A stretch of DNA of 46,737 bases from an uncultured Sulfurovum sp. (GCA_964514765.1 CAZEUM010000001.1:1-46737), one strand, 5' to 3'. Counted from the stretch's first letter, positions 17,815 through 28,374 are shown. Program-made: numbers and translations. Notes: generated from the letters alone by a model not told the origin.

Positions 17815-19029
17815 ATGCAAATACTCGTAGCCGATTATATTTATACCCCAAGTGGTTTTATAACACATTCTGCGGTGGCTTTTACAGATACTATAGAAGC
17901 CATAGATAATCCTGAGATACTAAAAATTAAATATCCACAAGCCAAAGTGATACAGGCAGAGCCAAATTCCATACTCTACCCTGGTTTCATAAATACCCAT
18001 GTACATTTAGAATTTTCAGCTAACAAAACATCGTTAAAATATGGCTCATTTATGCCTTGGCTTGACTCGGTCATAGCACACAGAGAAGATTTAGTTGGAA
18101 AATGTGACAATAGCGTAATGATTAAAGAGTGTGACGCAATGTTACGTTCAGGCATTACTACTTTTGCTGCCATATCAAGTTTTGGAAACGAACTAGAGGC
18201 TTGTGAACAAACAGCCCAACGTGTTGTTTTTTTCAACGAACTCATAGGCTCAAATGCCCAATATGCCGATATATTGTACCAAGACTTTTTGGAACGTGTA
18301 AAAGCCTCACAGTCTTGCAAGCCCTCTTCACGTATTAGCCCTGCTATAGCTATACACTCACCCTATTCTGTTCATCCTATTATCTTGCAAAAAGCTGTAA
18401 ATTTAGCTAAAGAATATACCCTTCCCCTTTGTGCACATTTTTTAGAATCACAAGCTGAACGTGAGTGGCTTGAAAAAGGTGAAGGTGAATTTAAATCTTT
18501 CTTTAAAAAGTTTTTTAATACAGAAATACCTGTAACAAACATACAAGAATTTATGTACGCCTTTGACAGCTACCCCACACACTTTACCCACGCAGTACAT
18601 GCAAAGCAGATAGAACTAGATTACTTGGCACAAAAAGGACATTCTGTTGCCCATTGTCCACGGTCTAATCGCTATTTAGGGGTGGGTAGATTGCCTATTG
18701 AGAACTTAAAACTACCTTTTTCTGTAGCAACAGATGGTCTAAGTTCTAATGATTCACTGCATATATTTGATGAACTTCGTGCAGCCCTACTCTTACATCA
18801 TGACCTTCCCCTTCATCATTTAGCAAGTAATTTACTACGTGCTATTACAGCAGATGCAGCAGATATTTTAAATTTGAACTGTGGTAAAATTGAAGTAGGA
18901 AAGTTTTCTGACTTTGCCTTAATTACTTTGCCTGAAGCACCAAAAAGAGATGAAGACCTAGCTTTGTGGAGTATTTTATATACTAAAGAAGTCTCAGCTC
19001 TTTACATTGAAGGCGAAAAACATATCTAA
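17815..19029 (+). CDS. mqnF: Aminodeoxyfutalosine deaminase-type amidohydrolase
   Basis: PGFINTHVHLEFS, AIHSPYSVH, HFLES, HCPRSN and ATDGLSSN. SD GAGGA before ATG17815. Adjacent to sppA. Confidence 0.8.
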   Translation: MQILVADYIYTPSGFITHSAVAFTDTIEAIDNPEILKIKYPQAKVIQAEPNSILYPGFINTHVHLEFSANKTSLKYGSFMPWLDSVIAHREDLVGKCDNSVMIKECDAMLRSGITTFAAISSFGNELEACEQTAQRVVFFNELIGSNAQYADILYQDFLERVKASQSCKPSSRISPAIAIHSPYSVHPIILQKAVNLAKEYTLPLCAHFLESQAEREWLEKGEGEFKSFFKKFFNTEIPVTNIQEFMYAFDSYPTHFTHAVHAKQIELDYLAQKGHSVAHCPRSNRYLGVGRLPIENLKLPFSVATDGLSSNDSLHIFDELRAALLLHHDLPLHHLASNLLRAITADAADILNLNCGKIEVGKFSDFALITLPEAPKRDEDLALWSILYTKEVSALYIEGEKHI

Positions 19030-19096
19030 GACTAAGTATGCAGGAGATAAAATACATACTAGAAATAGATTTACTAAAATTACAAAGGAAACATAC

Positions 19097-19954
19097 ATGT
19101 TTACTACTATAGGAAAAATCGTCAAATGGATTGGTCAGCACTTTATGGGTATGCTTTTTTTACTCATCGCTTTTGTTGTACTTATGCCCACTTCAAGTAC
19201 ACAACTCACTGCTGCTAACCTGCAAGAGATTAAACTTTTAGGTCCAATTATGGATGCAACTAGCATTTTAAAAGAGATAGCAGAGGCACAAAAGGACACT
19301 AATATTAAAGGTGTCTTGCTCAATGTAAACTCACCTGGTGGCTCTGTACCTCCATCTATAGAGATAGCTTATGCTATAAAAGAGTTAAAAAAACATAAAC
19401 CAGTCGTTGCTTATGCTTCTGGTATTATGGCTAGTGGGAGTTATTATGCTTCTATATATGCCAATACTATTATTGCTAATCCTGGATCTATTGTGGGGTC
19501 TATTGGTGTCATTATGCAAAGTGCCAACATAGAAGAACTTATGAATACCATCGGTGTACAAACACAAATAGTAAAACAAGGTACTTTCAAAGAAGCAGGT
19601 ACGCCAACTAGAGAATGGACCCCTGAAGAGAGAGCAGAACTCGAAACCCTCACAAAAGACACCTATGAACTCTTTGTACAAGATGTAGCCAAAGCAAGAG
19701 GTTTAGATATCTCTCGCTCAAAAGAGTTTGCAGATGCACATATCTTTTCCTCTGCTAGAGCCAAAGGTGTTGGACTCATAGACAAAGTAGGAGTGATGTC
19801 TCAAGCCAAAGCCCAACTACAAAAACTGGCAGGAGTAAAAAACCCTTCATGGAAAGAGAAAGACAGAATAGACAGTTTTATAGAAAAACTTAGTACCAAA
19901 AGCATACTGCAAATCCAAAGTTATTTTTATGGCTTGAAGTCTTCTTTATTTTAG
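19097..19954 (+). CDS. sppA: Signal peptide peptidase SppA (S49)
   Basis: NSPGGSV, KPVVA, MASGSYY and GSIGVI. SD AAGGA before ATG19097. Confidence 0.92.
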   Translation: MFTTIGKIVKWIGQHFMGMLFLLIAFVVLMPTSSTQLTAANLQEIKLLGPIMDATSILKEIAEAQKDTNIKGVLLNVNSPGGSVPPSIEIAYAIKELKKHKPVVAYASGIMASGSYYASIYANTIIANPGSIVGSIGVIMQSANIEELMNTIGVQTQIVKQGTFKEAGTPTREWTPEERAELETLTKDTYELFVQDVAKARGLDISRSKEFADAHIFSSARAKGVGLIDKVGVMSQAKAQLQKLAGVKNPSWKEKDRIDSFIEKLSTKSILQIQSYFYGLKSSLF

Positions 19955-19968
19955 AAGGCATACTCTAA

Positions 19969-19990
19969 TGTACCTATTATTATAGGTACA
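19969..19990. terminator. Hairpin between convergent genes
   Basis: TGTACCTAT-4-ATAGGTACA followed by CTTTT. Confidence 0.6.
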
Positions 19991-20000
19991 CTTTTAGCTT

Positions 20001-21260
20001 CTATAAATCTTCTGCCGCCTGTAAAAAGTCTGCAGCTACAGATTTGGGATCTTCTAAGCCTATGGAAACACGGATTAGCCCTTCATGTACACCTAAAAAT
20101 TTACGTGCCGCATCATCAAAATCAGCGTAAATAGTACTTGTCATATGCAAGGCTAATGATCTGTTGTCTCCAATATTTGCAGTCAAAATTACAAGTTTTA
20201 GTTTATTTAGAAATGTAAATGCACGCTCTTTTGTGCCACAATCAATGCTCAACAGTGGTCCACAGCCTTGTGAAAAATCTGACTTATAGCGTGCATTATC
20301 GCGACTTGATGGAATAGATGGGTGGTTAACAGATATACCTTCTGGAAATGATGCATCTAGTTTGGCCGCAATCTTTTCTACGCTTTGATTGACACGTTCT
20401 ACACGCAAAGAAAGTGTCTCTAGTCCTATCATGGTCATAAAAGAACCAAAGGCATTGGCTGTCATACCAAGGTCACGTATGGCACGTTTTTTACAAATGG
20501 GTATAAATGCTTTTTTACCCATTTTTTTTACTATTTTATGTAAATCTTTGTACTTGTCATTTAGAAGTTTATCACCCTCCTCTTTTACTGCTCTAAAGAC
20601 TGCCACACCACCAAGTGCTGCAGAATGACCTGACATATTTTTAGTTGAAGAATGTACCACTATATCTGCACCCATTGTTAGTGGACGTAAAAGTAGTGGC
20701 GTTGGCGTATTGTCTATCATTACTACTGTTTCATACTTATTGCACAAATCAATAATACGCTGTACATCTGGCAAGGTAAGTGAAGGATTACCAACAGATT
20801 CAAAAAGTACCATCTTCACTCCACGTTTCAATGCAGACTCAATATGATCAAAATCATCTACTTCACAAAAACTATTACTTACACCAAAACGAGACAAGGT
20901 ATCGTTCACTAAGGAATATGTACCACCAAAAAACCCACCAATACATAAGAGTTCATCACCAGCGTTTAAAAATGCAGTACAGACCATAGAGATGGCGCCC
21001 ATACCTGAAGAGGTTGCAATAGCGCCAAACCCACCTTCAAATTGGGCAACAATACCTTCAAGTTTTGCATTGGTTGGGTTTCCTACTCTTGCGTAAAGAG
21101 GTTTGTTTACACTTGCTGAAAATATACCTTCTGCTTCTTGTGCATCTTGGTAAGCAAAAGCAACAGACGGTACAATGGTTGCTGCTATGGGTCCTACGCG
21201 AGAACCTACATTGTGAACGAGTTGTGTACTGAAGTAATCAAAATCTACGGGTTTGTTCAT
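20001..21260 (-). CDS. Cys/Met-metabolism PLP enzyme (O-acetylhomoserine sulfhydrylase-like)
   Basis: YARVGNPT, SSGMGAI, DNT, GADIVVHSSTK (PLP Lys), ANIGD and IRVSIGLED. Confidence 0.88.
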   Translation of the reverse strand: MNKPVDFDYFSTQLVHNVGSRVGPIAATIVPSVAFAYQDAQEAEGIFSASVNKPLYARVGNPTNAKLEGIVAQFEGGFGAIATSSGMGAISMVCTAFLNAGDELLCIGGFFGGTYSLVNDTLSRFGVSNSFCEVDDFDHIESALKRGVKMVLFESVGNPSLTLPDVQRIIDLCNKYETVVMIDNTPTPLLLRPLTMGADIVVHSSTKNMSGHSAALGGVAVFRAVKEEGDKLLNDKYKDLHKIVKKMGKKAFIPICKKRAIRDLGMTANAFGSFMTMIGLETLSLRVERVNQSVEKIAAKLDASFPEGISVNHPSIPSSRDNARYKSDFSQGCGPLLSIDCGTKERAFTFLNKLKLVILTANIGDNRSLALHMTSTIYADFDDAARKFLGVHEGLIRVSIGLEDPKSVAADFLQAAEDL

Positions 21261-21271
21261 GTATTTATTTC

Positions 21272-21685
21272 CTATATTGAATAATTAAGTATTTTATTCG
21301 CTTTAAGTTGATAGTTTTTCAGTTCTGATAATGGAATTTCAAAAGCTTTAGAAACATCAGAGAGAAGATCTTCCCAAAAAAGTTTTAACCCAGGGTTCTC
21401 AGTTTTATGAGAATCAGAAAATATATCAGATTCCAAGATAAGTACCACATCTTTAAGGGTAATATCTTTAAGGTCTTTAGCAAGTTTATACCCACCATGT
21501 GCACCTTTAATACTGACAAGAAGTCCTTGCTTTTTAAGCTCTAAAAGTATCTGCTCCAAAAAATTTTGGGGGATGTTTGCTTTAGCCGCTATTTCTTTTA
21601 TTTTCAGTAGTTTAGCATTTTCGCTTTTTCCAAGCTCTTCAAGTGCTGCTACTGCATATATTGTTTTACTTGATATTCCTATCAT
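21272..21685 (-). CDS. Rrf2-family regulator without Fe-S cysteines (CymR-like)
   Basis: IPQNFLEQILLELKKQGLLVSIKGAHGGYKLAK. The protein contains no Cys. Confidence 0.9.
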   Translation of the reverse strand: MIGISSKTIYAVAALEELGKSENAKLLKIKEIAAKANIPQNFLEQILLELKKQGLLVSIKGAHGGYKLAKDLKDITLKDVVLILESDIFSDSHKTENPGLKLFWEDLLSDVSKAFEIPLSELKNYQLKANKILNYSI

Positions 21686-22124
21686 TCTTTAAAAAGCCTT
21701 TACTTGTTTGAATTGTGTAGTATACCTTACATCCTACACAAAAATCGAATGCTGTCTCTAATAATGCACAAATTAATAATACAATGGTAATAATTGTAGC
21801 CACTGTAGTAAATCCAGCGAGATATAGAACAACAAGAAACAATGAGGCAACAAGCCCCATATATAGAGCAAATCTTTTTGGTGATTCATCACAAAGCTTA
21901 GGCGCAATTCCCCATCCTGTAAGTACAAATTGTCCAAAAATCTGAAAAGGACTAAAGTCAGATTTACGAATAGCTCTTACAAAAAAGTCAAATAATAATA
22001 TGATTGCAAAAACACTCTCTTGGGTAATAAGCAATATGAGGGAAAAAAGAATAACCTGGAAAGAGATAACTCTAACCATATTTGAATCAACTCTTCTTGT
22101 AGATATTGGGCAACTTGCAGACAT
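21666..22124 (-). CDS. DUF4395 membrane protein
   Basis: CPIS..RVD.N.VR, PKRFA..MG and LE..F.FCVGC motifs. Confidence 0.85.
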   Translation of the reverse strand: MSASCPISTRRVDSNMVRVISFQVILFSLILLITQESVFAIILLFDFFVRAIRKSDFSPFQIFGQFVLTGWGIAPKLCDESPKRFALYMGLVASLFLVVLYLAGFTTVATIITIVLLICALLETAFDFCVGCKVYYTIQTSKGFLKNDRNIK

Positions 22125-22175
22125 ACTCTTTCCTTCACTATGATTAGATATTTAAACAATAAATATGTATAAACG

Positions 22176-22330
22176 AAAAAAGCACCTCTAAAGACCCTAG
22201 AGTGACTTAGCATATTGACTTGTTAGCTTCTCTATTAAATATAGGGGGGAGACAATAAAACTGCTAAACAAAATCAATGCCCTTGTCTAATGTAAATATC
22301 TAGGGTTTTTACAAGTGATTTTTATTTCTA
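22176..22330 (-). ncRNA. Structured 5' leader or sRNA ending in an intrinsic terminator
   Basis: Long stem 22210-22280 with a C-rich internal segment. Terminator at 22176-22204 with U6. ACCCTAGA/TCTAGGGT offers an alternative pairing. Confidence 0.5.
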
Positions 22331-22335
22331 AGAGC

Positions 22336-22380
22336 ATTATAGCCTAAATAAAATCAATTGTCAAGCAAACCAATAGGTTT
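22336..22380 (-). promoter_or_regulatory. Consensus sigma70 promoter with adjacent palindrome (possible Rrf2 site)
   Basis: TTGACA-17-TATAAT (22364-22336). AAACC-4-GGTTT palindrome at 22367-22380. Confidence 0.75.
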
Positions 22381-22488
22381 TCTTTTATATTTACTTTTAA
22401 GGTGGACTTTTGGTTACCTATACTACTCTTGTACACTCTATACACATAAAAAAATTACACTATCCTGAACCGATATTAAGGAAAATAG

Positions 22489-23682
22489 ATGCGTATTCTA
22501 CTTTTGATGCTGCTAAGTGTAATGATTCTCAATGCCCAAAGCATACAAGAACTCATTCACATTGCTTTAAAAAAACACCCTTCACTTAAAACAATTGAAC
22601 ATAGACTTTCTGCTATGGATGAGATAATTTCTCTTTCACAGAACTTTTCTAACCCTGATATATCTTTGACCATTAACGTTATACAGCTTGACGAACCTTT
22701 AAATAGACGCATAGAACCCATGCAATATGAAGCCATAAATTTTAAACAAAAATTTCCATGGTTTGGTAAACTAGATGCGAGAAAACGCTATGTACAAGCC
22801 CAGAAAAAAGTAGTCCTACACTCTTATGATGCAGCAAAAGTACAATTGGCCGAAAACATACGCATGACTGCTTATACCATTAAAGAGATCCAAGCCCGTA
22901 TTGCTATTGTAAACAAATATATTGTCGTTGCTAAACAAAACATACAACTCTATACTTCTTACGCTTCAGCAGATAGCACAAGTTATACCAGTAGTATGAA
23001 TGCAAGTCTTCTTCTTACAAAAGTTAAAATTAAAAAAGCAAATTATATAGCACTTTTAAAAAGTCAAAAGGCAAAATTGAGATATTTGGTCAACACTGAA
23101 GTAAAGAGAGTCACAGCATCCTTAAAAATGTATAGACCTAAAAGTTTACATTATTATATAAACAAACTTAAAAATAATCCTCTTTATCATAGAGTAGTTT
23201 CTCAACAAGAACTTGCTAGGAGCAATCAAAAGATTCAAGCACTTGAAGCAAGACCAGACCCTTATGTGCAAGTAGGTTATTTTAACCGTACTGTCTTTGA
23301 TGACTTTGCTAATATCAGCATAGGTGCTTCTATGCCCCTTTATGGAAGTGAAGCATTAAAAATAGAGGCTGCACGAAAAGAAGTCTTAGCTACTGCTTCT
23401 GCTTCATTAGATTATAAATCATCATTGCGCAGCGAAATTGAAAGCATGTATGCCAAACTTCAAGAAGCCTATAGCATATATACTATCATTCAAAAAGAAA
23501 CACTACCCCAAATTGAACATATGTTTGAGCTTACCCAAGCCAGCATACAGCAAGGTGGTGATCTGTTTGCCTACACCAACCTTCTGGAACAAAAACTAAA
23601 CCTTGAAGAAGAAAGTATCGCAATTCAAGCAGAATACTTTAGAACACAAGCCAAACTAAAATCACTCACAGGAGAACTTTAA
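22489..23682 (+). CDS. TolC-family outer-membrane factor of a heavy-metal RND system
   Basis: Signal peptide, QKFPWFGKL and helical OEP pattern. First gene of a CBA operon. Confidence 0.85.
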   Translation: MRILLLMLLSVMILNAQSIQELIHIALKKHPSLKTIEHRLSAMDEIISLSQNFSNPDISLTINVIQLDEPLNRRIEPMQYEAINFKQKFPWFGKLDARKRYVQAQKKVVLHSYDAAKVQLAENIRMTAYTIKEIQARIAIVNKYIVVAKQNIQLYTSYASADSTSYTSSMNASLLLTKVKIKKANYIALLKSQKAKLRYLVNTEVKRVTASLKMYRPKSLHYYINKLKNNPLYHRVVSQQELARSNQKIQALEARPDPYVQVGYFNRTVFDDFANISIGASMPLYGSEALKIEAARKEVLATASASLDYKSSLRSEIESMYAKLQEAYSIYTIIQKETLPQIEHMFELTQASIQQGGDLFAYTNLLEQKLNLEEESIAIQAEYFRTQAKLKSLTGEL

Positions 23683-23683
23683 A

Positions 23684-24820
23684 ATGTCAAAATATATATT
23701 TATACTATTTTTACCTTTATTCATTTATTCAGAATCAAGTATGAAATGTGAGGCAGGCAAATGTTTGAGTGGAGACAATAACAATAAAAAAAAACTACCT
23801 AGTAAAGAAAAAAATACTTCTATACACAAAATTATTACAAGTAAAAAAGTGAACAAGCAGAGAAAACCTAAAAAAAAACCTATTATAGAACAACTTTTCA
23901 ATGTTAGAACCATTCAAGTAAAATCACTTAATACTGCAAAAGAACAAATAAATTATGGGTACATCGTTGCAAAAGACTCATCAAAAGTAGATGTAAGTAC
24001 TAGGTTTTCAGGTTTTGTAAAAAAACTTTATGCAGATACACTCTATGCAAAGGTAGATAAAGGGGATCCTTTGGTAAAAGTATATGCCCCTGAAGTCTAC
24101 AAAGCAAAAGAAGACTACATAAACTCCGTCAACTACAACAAAAAAACATCTATGCCCCAAATGCTTAAAAGTGCAAAAATAAAACTTAAACTCTTAGGTA
24201 TCAGCGAAAAAGAGATTAGCTCCATAGCCTCAAAACGTAATGTTGATGAATTTACAACAGTCCATGCTCCTATATCTGGATGGATTTTTGAAAAAAATAT
24301 TAATGAAGGTTCATCTTTTAATTCTAAAAAAAGACTTTTTCAAATTGTCAATTTAGATACAGTATGGGTAGAAGTTAAATTGTTTCAAGACCAGCTTGAA
24401 ATGCTCAATAAACTCAAAGAATTTAAAGTAAAGGTCAAAGGGATAGACAAAGAGTTTGGCGCAGAAAAAATACTGCTATATCCTAAAATTGATCCTAAAG
24501 AAGCAACATTAACACTTCGTTTAAGTGTAGACAATAGTGCTGGACTTTTACAGCCAGGAATGTATGTTAAAGTACATGCAAAAGCAAGCACAAAAACACG
24601 CATAGTTATACCAAGAACAGCTGCCATTCGTAAAAATGGTACATGGTATTCTTTTTTAGCCACAGAGTTCAAAGGTGAGTACGAACCCATAAAAATAGAC
24701 CTCAAACCTCTTGATACTAAATATTATGAAGTATTTAAAGGTCTCCAGATTGGAGATACTCTGGTAGAAAATGCTCTGTTTATGATGGATTCAGATGCAC
24801 AAATTAATTCGATCTATTAA
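23684..24820 (+). CDS. CusB-like membrane fusion protein with N-terminal MKCEAGKC motif
   Basis: GFVKKLYAD, APISG, DTVWVE and LQPGMYV. Confidence 0.88.
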   Translation: MSKYIFILFLPLFIYSESSMKCEAGKCLSGDNNNKKKLPSKEKNTSIHKIITSKKVNKQRKPKKKPIIEQLFNVRTIQVKSLNTAKEQINYGYIVAKDSSKVDVSTRFSGFVKKLYADTLYAKVDKGDPLVKVYAPEVYKAKEDYINSVNYNKKTSMPQMLKSAKIKLKLLGISEKEISSIASKRNVDEFTTVHAPISGWIFEKNINEGSSFNSKKRLFQIVNLDTVWVEVKLFQDQLEMLNKLKEFKVKVKGIDKEFGAEKILLYPKIDPKEATLTLRLSVDNSAGLLQPGMYVKVHAKASTKTRIVIPRTAAIRKNGTWYSFLATEFKGEYEPIKIDLKPLDTKYYEVFKGLQIGDTLVENALFMMDSDAQINSIY

Positions 24821-24829
24821 AGTCCTGTC

Positions 24830-27800
24830 ATGATTGAAAAACTCATAGCATTTTCCATCCGTAACCGTTTTGTTGTCCTCATGATAACTCTTTTTACAGT
24901 TTTAGGTTCAATATGGGCAATGAAAAATACCCCTCTTGATGCCTTGCCTGATCTTTCTCCTCCACAGGTCATTGTGCAAGTCACATGGAAGGGGCAAAGT
25001 CCTGAGATTATGGAAGACCAAGGAACATACCCACTGGTGTCTCAATTTCTAGCTACTTCTAACATTGAGACTGTACGTGGGTTTTCCACTTATGAGAATG
25101 CACTTATTTACATTATTTTCAAAGAAGGCACAGACCTTTACTGGGCAAGAAGCCGTGTACTGGAACAACTAGCATCCATACAAAGCCAACTGCCTGAGAG
25201 TATGGAGGTGACTTTAGGTCCAGATGCTTCAGGTGTAGGCTGGGCTTATGAATATGCACTTATCTCACAAACAAAAACTTTAGCTGAATTAAGAACCATT
25301 CAAGACTACTACTACAAATATGCTCTCATGGGTGTAGATGGTGTGAGTGAAGTAGCAAGCATAGGAGGCTTTGTACCTACCTATCAGATAACTATCAATA
25401 ATGATGCATTGGTACAGTATAACCTTTCCATTCAAGATATTTCAAGGACTTTACAAGACAACAACAACGACACAGGTGGACGCATCGTCATACAAAATGG
25501 ATACGAATGGATGATACAAGCCAAAGGCTACATAAAAAACTTAAATGAGATACGAAAACTTGTTGTGACTACAAAAGGTGGCGTACCACTCACACTAGAG
25601 CAACTTGGACGCGTTGAACTAGTACCTGGAGCTCGTCGTGGAATGGCTGACCTTAATGGAGAAGGTGAAGTTGTAGGGGGCATTGTTATGATACGTTATG
25701 GAGGAGATGTTTACTCTATCATACAACGCATTAAGAAAAAAATGTCTGAATTAAAAGTCGAAGGAGTAGAAGTTGTCACCACCTATGACCGTTCAAGTCT
25801 CATAGAAAAAGCAGTAGAAACCCTGCAAACTACCCTACTGGAAGAGAGCATCATCGTTATTATTATTATTGGTCTCTTTCTTATGCACTTTAGATCAACA
25901 CTTATTATGGTGATTATTTTACCTCTTACAATTGCCTTTCCATTTTTACTTATGAAACTTTTTGGTATTGGCTCCAATATTATGTCTTTAGGAGGCATTG
26001 CCATTGCCATAGGGGCAATGGTAGATGCATCTATAGTCATGATAGAAAATGCTCACAAATCCATACATAAAGAAGAGGACTCAAAAGGAAGAGAGCTTAC
26101 AAATACAGAACGAATATCGGTCATTACACGTTCTTCTCAGCTTGTGGGTCCTCCTATTTTCTTTGCATTAGCTCTTGTTGTGGTTTCCTTTTTACCTATT
26201 TTTGCACTTTCAGGGCAAGAAGGTTTACTCTTTTCACCACTGGCATTTACCAAAACCTTTGCCATGGCTGCAGGAGCATTGCTCTCTGTCACTTTAGTAC
26301 CTGTACTCATGGTGTTTTTGGTAAAAGGGAAAATCATTCCTGAAAATAAAAATCCTATTAACCGTTTTTTCATCTGGCTTTATCACCCTATTTTGGTCTA
26401 TGGTTTAAAATTCAAATATATAGTGATAGTACTAGCTCTTGCTGCACTTACTTATGCAATACCCGTATACAAAAAATTAAGTTGGGAATTTATGCCTATG
26501 CTTAATGAACAAAGCATCATGTATATGCCTGTTACACCGTATGGGATATCGATAGATCAGAGTAAAATGCTCACTCAAAAAACCGACAAGATACTAAAAT
26601 CTTTTCCTGAAGTTGATACCGTATTTGGCAAAGGAGGACGTGCCAATTCTGCTACTGACCCTGCGCCACTTGGAATGTTAGAAACTATCATCACATTTAA
26701 ACCCAAAAGTGAATGGCGTGAAGGCATGACCCATGAAAAACTTATGGCTCAGATGGAAGCAGCATTACAAGTACCAGGTCTTGTTAATTCATGGACCTAC
26801 CCTATACGTGGTCGTATAGACATGCTTATCTCAGGTATACGTACACCTATAGGTATAAAACTATACGGTAAAGATGCAGATGGCTTACAAAAAGTAGCAC
26901 TACAAATAGAACATAAATTACGAGACCTTAAAATTACACAGTCTGTTTTTTCTGACCAAGCATCTGCAGGTTTTTTCATCGATATCAACATAGATACAGA
27001 AGCACTACAACGTTATAACATTAGTAAAAACCTTATAAATGAATATACCTCTAAAGCTATTGGTGGTAAAAAAATAACAACCATGTATAAAGGTATTGAG
27101 CGTTACCCCATTGCCCTACGTTTTGAAGAAGAAGAACGACGTTCACTTGATGATATACGTAACATACAAATCAAAACACCTCTGGGTTTTGTACCTCTTT
27201 CTACCTTTGCTCAAATTGAGTACCGAGAAAGTGCTTCTGTCATAAAATCTGAAATGGCAACACCAGTCACCTTTGTCTACATAACACCTCAAGTTGGACT
27301 GTCTGCTAGTAAATACAAAGAAGAAGCGATACTTGCACTCAAAGACTTAAAACTACCAGATGGCTACTATATTGAATGGGCTGGGCAATCTGAATACCTA
27401 GAATCAGCCATGAAAAGAATTGTATGGATTGTGCCTATTGTACTTTTGGTGATACTTTTACTTATCTATTTTGCACTTAAAGTCATAGTGCCTACCTTCA
27501 TAGTCTTTTTCACTTTACCTTTTGCACTTTTAGGTGGACTTATGTACATAGAAATGCTAGGGTTTTCTATGAGTATTGCCGTTATTGTAGGTTTTCTTGC
27601 CCTACTTGGTATAGCAGCAGAAACAGCTATTGTGATGATAGTCTACTTACAAGAGTCTGTAAATGAAGAAAAAGAAAAAGGGGGTGAAAATTTTGATATG
27701 AAACATCTTAATGATGCCATATATGCAGGAGCTGTACAGCGTGTACGTCCTAAACTCATGACTGTGTTTGCCATTTTAGCAGGCTTACTTCCTATTATGT

Positions 27801-27964
27801 ATGCCACAGGCGTTGGCTCTGAAGTGATGCAACGTATTGCTGCACCTATGATAGGAGGTGTTGTTTCTTCAGCTGTATTAAGTTTGGTACTTATTCCTAT
27901 TTTTTATGAGCTTTATGAAACACGTAAAATTAAACAACAAAAATTAAAAAAGGAAAATCAATGA
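24830..27964 (+). CDS. cusA: CusA-family Cu(I)/Ag(I) RND transporter
   Basis: DALPDLS, LGPDASGVGW, GAMVDA, Met triad (EFMP, LGMLET, RIDML) and RVRPKLMT. Confidence 0.92.
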   Translation: MIEKLIAFSIRNRFVVLMITLFTVLGSIWAMKNTPLDALPDLSPPQVIVQVTWKGQSPEIMEDQGTYPLVSQFLATSNIETVRGFSTYENALIYIIFKEGTDLYWARSRVLEQLASIQSQLPESMEVTLGPDASGVGWAYEYALISQTKTLAELRTIQDYYYKYALMGVDGVSEVASIGGFVPTYQITINNDALVQYNLSIQDISRTLQDNNNDTGGRIVIQNGYEWMIQAKGYIKNLNEIRKLVVTTKGGVPLTLEQLGRVELVPGARRGMADLNGEGEVVGGIVMIRYGGDVYSIIQRIKKKMSELKVEGVEVVTTYDRSSLIEKAVETLQTTLLEESIIVIIIIGLFLMHFRSTLIMVIILPLTIAFPFLLMKLFGIGSNIMSLGGIAIAIGAMVDASIVMIENAHKSIHKEEDSKGRELTNTERISVITRSSQLVGPPIFFALALVVVSFLPIFALSGQEGLLFSPLAFTKTFAMAAGALLSVTLVPVLMVFLVKGKIIPENKNPINRFFIWLYHPILVYGLKFKYIVIVLALAALTYAIPVYKKLSWEFMPMLNEQSIMYMPVTPYGISIDQSKMLTQKTDKILKSFPEVDTVFGKGGRANSATDPAPLGMLETIITFKPKSEWREGMTHEKLMAQMEAALQVPGLVNSWTYPIRGRIDMLISGIRTPIGIKLYGKDADGLQKVALQIEHKLRDLKITQSVFSDQASAGFFIDINIDTEALQRYNISKNLINEYTSKAIGGKKITTMYKGIERYPIALRFEEEERRSLDDIRNIQIKTPLGFVPLSTFAQIEYRESASVIKSEMATPVTFVYITPQVGLSASKYKEEAILALKDLKLPDGYYIEWAGQSEYLESAMKRIVWIVPIVLLVILLLIYFALKVIVPTFIVFFTLPFALLGGLMYIEMLGFSMSIAVIVGFLALLGIAAETAIVMIVYLQESVNEEKEKGGENFDMKHLNDAIYAGAVQRVRPKLMTVFAILAGLLPIMYATGVGSEVMQRIAAPMIGGVVSSAVLSLVLIPIFYELYETRKIKQQKLKKENQ

Positions 27965-28371
27965 AATTACAAACATTTACAACATTCACACTTATATTAC
28001 TAGGCTTAACAGCATGTTCAGGTGAAAAACAAAAAGAGTCCATCACGGAAGGAAGTATGAAGTGTGGTCCAGGGAAATGTGGGGCTTCTATGGTTGATGG
28101 ATCAGCTGTTTTAGTCAAAAAGAAGATGAATATATTAAATCAGATGAAAGAAGATGATACAAGACGAGATTGTGTTTTAAAAGCCAACACAACAAAAGCA
28201 CTCTATAACTGTGTGAGAGTAAATAAAACCGGTAGACTTAGTACAAAATGTGCCTCTGATAATACCAATAATAAAAAAGTAGGTAGTGAAAAAATAAATA
28301 TTAAAAACATACCTAAAAAAGAAAACTCTGAAATGAAATGTGAAGCGGGAAAATGTGGAAGCAGTATGTAA
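27961..28371 (+). CDS. Small Cys-rich lipoprotein with KCxxGKCG motifs
   Basis: Lipobox LTAC, MKCGPGKCG and MKCEAGKCG. Overlaps the cusA stop by 4 nt. Confidence 0.8.
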   Translation: MKLQTFTTFTLILLGLTACSGEKQKESITEGSMKCGPGKCGASMVDGSAVLVKKKMNILNQMKEDDTRRDCVLKANTTKALYNCVRVNKTGRLSTKCASDNTNNKKVGSEKINIKNIPKKENSEMKCEAGKCGSSM

Positions 28372-28374
28372 AAC

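Noticed and set aside
22431-22447. TACAC direct repeat upstream of the Cus operon as a response-regulator box
   Set aside because: Short and low-information; no cognate two-component system in the window.
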